Shown here one piece after another: positions 60,197 through 64,000 of a stretch of 64,000 bases of DNA. The translations under genes were made by a program, and so were the position numbers. The DNA comes from Bugula neritina. Its lineage: Eukaryota; Animalia; Bryozoa. Numbering within the stretch: the first letter of the stretch is position 1; each line of letters starts with the position of its first letter. The DNA lies in assembly GCA_964035545.1 (NCBI GenBank), contig OZ037766.1:9662722-9726721 (forward strand), in the 5' to 3' direction. Under the pieces are notes generated by a model. It was not told the DNA's origin. It made no database searches and worked only from the letters and a program-made list of their open reading frames with translations.

Positions 60197-63100
60197 ATGC
60201 CAAGCTCTTCTAATCAAATTGATGCCTTAGCTGCTACAGCTGCTTTAATGGAAAGATGGAACAGAGAATGTTACCAGGGATCTGCAACACCCATTGAGAT
60301 ATTGAAGTCTCTTTGTGAGGTTAGTTGAGGCTCTATTCTAGCTGATTTATTTAGAAGTTTTTTTGGAAAGTTAGGTTTCCTTTGGTTTTTTGCAATGTGT
60401 GCAAATATGCAGATGATAGAGGCCAGGAAAAAGTAAACTTATGTAAAGCTGTATTCCTAGTTAAACTGTCTTGCTGAATACAATTGTTCAGATTTTAAAA
60501 GATATTTTGTTAAATTTTAGTTCATGGCTAACACAACAAGGGTTTTTCTATCTAAGATAATACCTGAAATTCTATTGAAACAGTAAACCGATTTCATGAT
60601 TATGGGTCATTGTACTTCACTTAGTACACACTGACACATGTAGATCAGAAATTTAAATAGGCTCAAATTTCATGAAAATGTAACATTTAGCAGTATTTTT
60701 CTATGCTGATTTCAAATATGTGTAGAAAAAAAATTGTAAAAATTTTATAAGCCATGCAAAAGTGAAAATATTCAGTTTGTACAAAATAAAGTAATATGAC
60801 CCTTATAGCAATTACGACTTGATCCTGTAAGCAATAATTTTATCAAAACTAATTTCTCTCCAGCTCTGCGTAGGTTTTCAGTCTTGTCCCAGAACATAAC
60901 TAAAGCCGTTTGGTATTTTGTATTTTTGAAACTCATTTTTTTCTTTTTGGCACATGTTATAAGCGTCATAGCTAAATTACTTTAGAAAATAAAAAAAAAT
61001 TGAAGCAAAGTTACTCATGCTTATAACTTTAGTGAGAGGAAATTCTAATGGGAAACTGAACAATGACATCTCTGAGCTGTATAATAAAGTAGATTCATCT
61101 TTCACCGTTGTTGTAGATTGTGGAGCAGCAAACTGAAGCATATTTTAAAACAGATCCAGATCCTTTTGATGACCGACATCCAGGCCGCGCTGATCCTAAT
61201 TGTACTCTCGGACATGTTCTTAAAATGATTTTAAAAAATGATGATTTTATTCGTTCGGTTAGCACTATAGAGTTATCTCACCAAAAATTAGAAAATCTTT
61301 GTTTTCATTTTTAATTTAGCATTGCGATATGACAACCATTGGAGTATACATATTAGATCCTCTATTAAATGCTAGATATTTGTTAATTGTAATTGTATCT
61401 TATTATATCTCATATTGTTATCTCAATCAAATAACAATGATTTTGTTTAGCTGAACCATTTTTAGTTTCAAATCAAATTTAAAGTAACATTTTTTATTAT
61501 TAGACTCATTAGATATAAGACTGAAATTAAATAAGAAATGAAAGCCTAGTTTACAGAGAAATTTTACGATGTTTTTTTATTGCTTTTATTAATATTTGGT
61601 TTGAAAAAGTAAATTTACTTTTGGATGAAAAGATCAAAATTGAGCTCTATTTTTAAATTGGGGAGTTTTATGCTTGATTTTCTATATACTTGATAGTGAC
61701 ACATATTTCTTGCAGATTTCGCACACATATTTTTCAAGGGATCAGAGTGACCTAAATGTGATTACCTGCAGGGTCTTACTTAATCTTATGCCAGGACTAG
61801 AGGCGTCTGCTGTGTTTAAAGATGAGGTAATATCCGTAGAGGCCATTACTCCATGTTAAAATAGCATTTCCTGTTTCAGGTCTGGCCAAGTCATTACTGT
61901 ATCTAATTTTAAGTCTGTTGCCAAATCATCAAAATTAACTGACATTCGCACATAAAGTTGGGCTGCTGTTTTGCTTTCGTTGTTTTTAAACTGACAGGCT
62001 TAGCAGGTTATGCTGTAGAGAAATCTGCTTCTAGCATTCATTAGTCGCTCAGACTCAGACTTATTTTTCTCTATTGTTCTGTAAATTTTATATAAAGTAA
62101 CTAATGCTTTTTGACTTTTCAAGTACTAACTAATAAATTGATACTGACTTTGATATATCTCTTTGATATATTACTGTGATATATTTCTGAATTAATATAG
62201 ACTAGCAGTGTTAACAAGTTCTTTCGCTGGGCTGAAGGAAGAAATGATCAACTTAAATCTTATTCTATTGGAATTTTATCGTATATTATGGAATGCCAAG
62301 AAAATGCCTCCGTCTACAAAGAGCAGAACCACAAACTGGTAAGGAAAGTGCAACGCAAATATTGGATGAAAATTTTAAAATTTTGATTTTTTTGTTTGTT
62401 TGTTTTTTGTTTGTTTTTTTTTTGTTATGAGCAGATATTTTGGTAAATATTTAATAGGCATTTACAGTGTAAATTTTTAATGTTTAATTTGAGTAACTTT
62501 AGCATCCGAGTTAATAGCTTATTTCAATATATATGTTGCTAGGTACCAATACTAATGAAGCAGCTGCATAGCATTATAGATGAGAGAAAGAAATCCAGCT
62601 CTAAAACTAACCGACCCTTCTCTCAGTTTGCTAGCTCCAGTGAAAATACTGGTGCTGCTGTCATGGATACTGGAGATATACAAACAAACACACATGGCTG
62701 CGCATTGCCTGACCACGTATTAGCTGACAGTACAGCAAGTGAGTTTTTGTATCGGAAACTTTAAGTTTTCTAGCATATATAGCATATCTGTTGGTATATA
62801 GTATAGCATATATGTTAATATATAGTATAGCATATATGTTACTCGTAGTATATAGTATAGCATATCTGTTAGTATATAGTGTAGCATATCTGTTAGCATA
62901 TAGTACAGCATATCTGTTAGAATATAGTACAGCATATCTGTTAGAATATAGTACAGCATATCTGTTAGTATGCTGTTGCTGCTGATTGCTATATTTGTTG
63001 AAAGCTTATATCGATAGCCTCAAATTGTGATTTCGGTGGTAATATATTTAAATGGAATATATAGCATAGATGTCTAACTCAAGAATGAACCTAGATTTAA

Positions 63101-63800
63101 CAGTAATATCACTTATTTCTTTAGAAGGCGCAGGTGGTGAGTTTAGTAACAGTAGCTGGCAGGAGATGGAGCCTCTCTACATTCAGTCATACCAGATATA
63201 TCCTGTAACACCAGAAGTGCAGCAGAGACTTATTCTCTCCTACCTCACCCCAATGGGCGAATACCAAGAGGTGCTTCGACATTCTAAACAACCACTTTAT
63301 GTCACTCAAGTTTTATGAATAATATTTGAGCTTATGCATGCATTACATAATAATTATTGTCACACAAATGCTGTTTTCTCTGGTTGTAGCTGCTACCAGA
63401 AGTATTTCAAAATCGTGCGATGGACATCGTCTTCCATTACCTAGACTATCAGAAAAATTGTGATGTTAGGTTGGGGTTTGCAGCTGTTAGAGTGAGTTTG
63501 TATGCATTATTTTAACGATTCCAATTGGATAGCCGTCGTTTATTTTTACTTAATCAAATCTTTAATCTTTTTTAAGATTTACTTTATGTATGTTTTTTCT
63601 CTATGTGCAATGAGCTCATTTTGCGACAAATATAATTGTAGTATTTGGCATCATTACTATGCCATAAGAAGTTCGGCATTGAGTTCATCAACAATGGTGG
63701 ACTTGGAAAGTTCCTAAGCGTGCCTAGACCATCCCTGGCGGCCACTGGTCTCTCCCTCAGCCTCTACTACCTTGCTTTCTTTGAAGATACAATGGAGAGG
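60197..63800 (+). CDS. DCAF1: DDB1- and CUL4-associated factor 1 (VprBP), first 8 coding exons (60197-60319, 61117-61257, 61716-61826, 62201-62338, 62543-62738, 63125-63270, 63390-63491, 63642-63800); continues beyond the window
   Basis: [80 protein letters not shown]. Confidence 0.95.
62771..62970. repeat. Intronic 24-bp minisatellite, ~8 copies
   Basis: Unit approx. TAGCATATCTGTTAGTATATAGTA. Confidence 0.9.
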
Positions 63801-64000
63801 GTATGTATGTAGGGTTAACTGTCTAGAGGGATCTTTTATCATCAAGTCTCATTTCTATGTGTTGCAGATTATAGTTTTACATTTAGTGATGCAATTGTTA
63901 AATGATCACACTAAGTGGGGTCAACTTTAGAACATTCTGTGTCATAGAATATCATCATTCAAAATTTTTTACAAGTTTTATTATTTAAAAAAATATTTTG

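Noticed and set aside
62720-62985. Repetitive ORFs on both strands
   Set aside because: Artefacts of the 24-bp minisatellite

Overview
AT-rich, intron-dense animal (invertebrate-like) genomic DNA; no prokaryotic features. I assembled gene models by hand from GT-AG splice sites and reading-frame phase. In order: 3' end of ABHD13 (+), complete ORC4 (+), an orphan basic Ser/Lys/Arg-rich gene (+), a TTC31-like TPR-UBA-RRM-CCCH gene (+), a clan-3 cytochrome P450 (+), an ANKRD55-like gene (+), PIGC (-), a 72-aa single-TM microprotein (-) and the 5' part of DCAF1/VprBP (+). Repeats include a LINE RT fragment interrupted by a TIR element, two MITEs, tRNA-derived SINEs, minisatellites and degenerate ACT/AGT microsatellite tracts around presumed promoters. 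The top finding is an apparently bicistronic arrangement: the microprotein ORF (DUF4748-like) stops 12 nt before, and in frame with, the best candidate PIGC start codon, within the same exon. All product calls come from motif recognition, with no database search.
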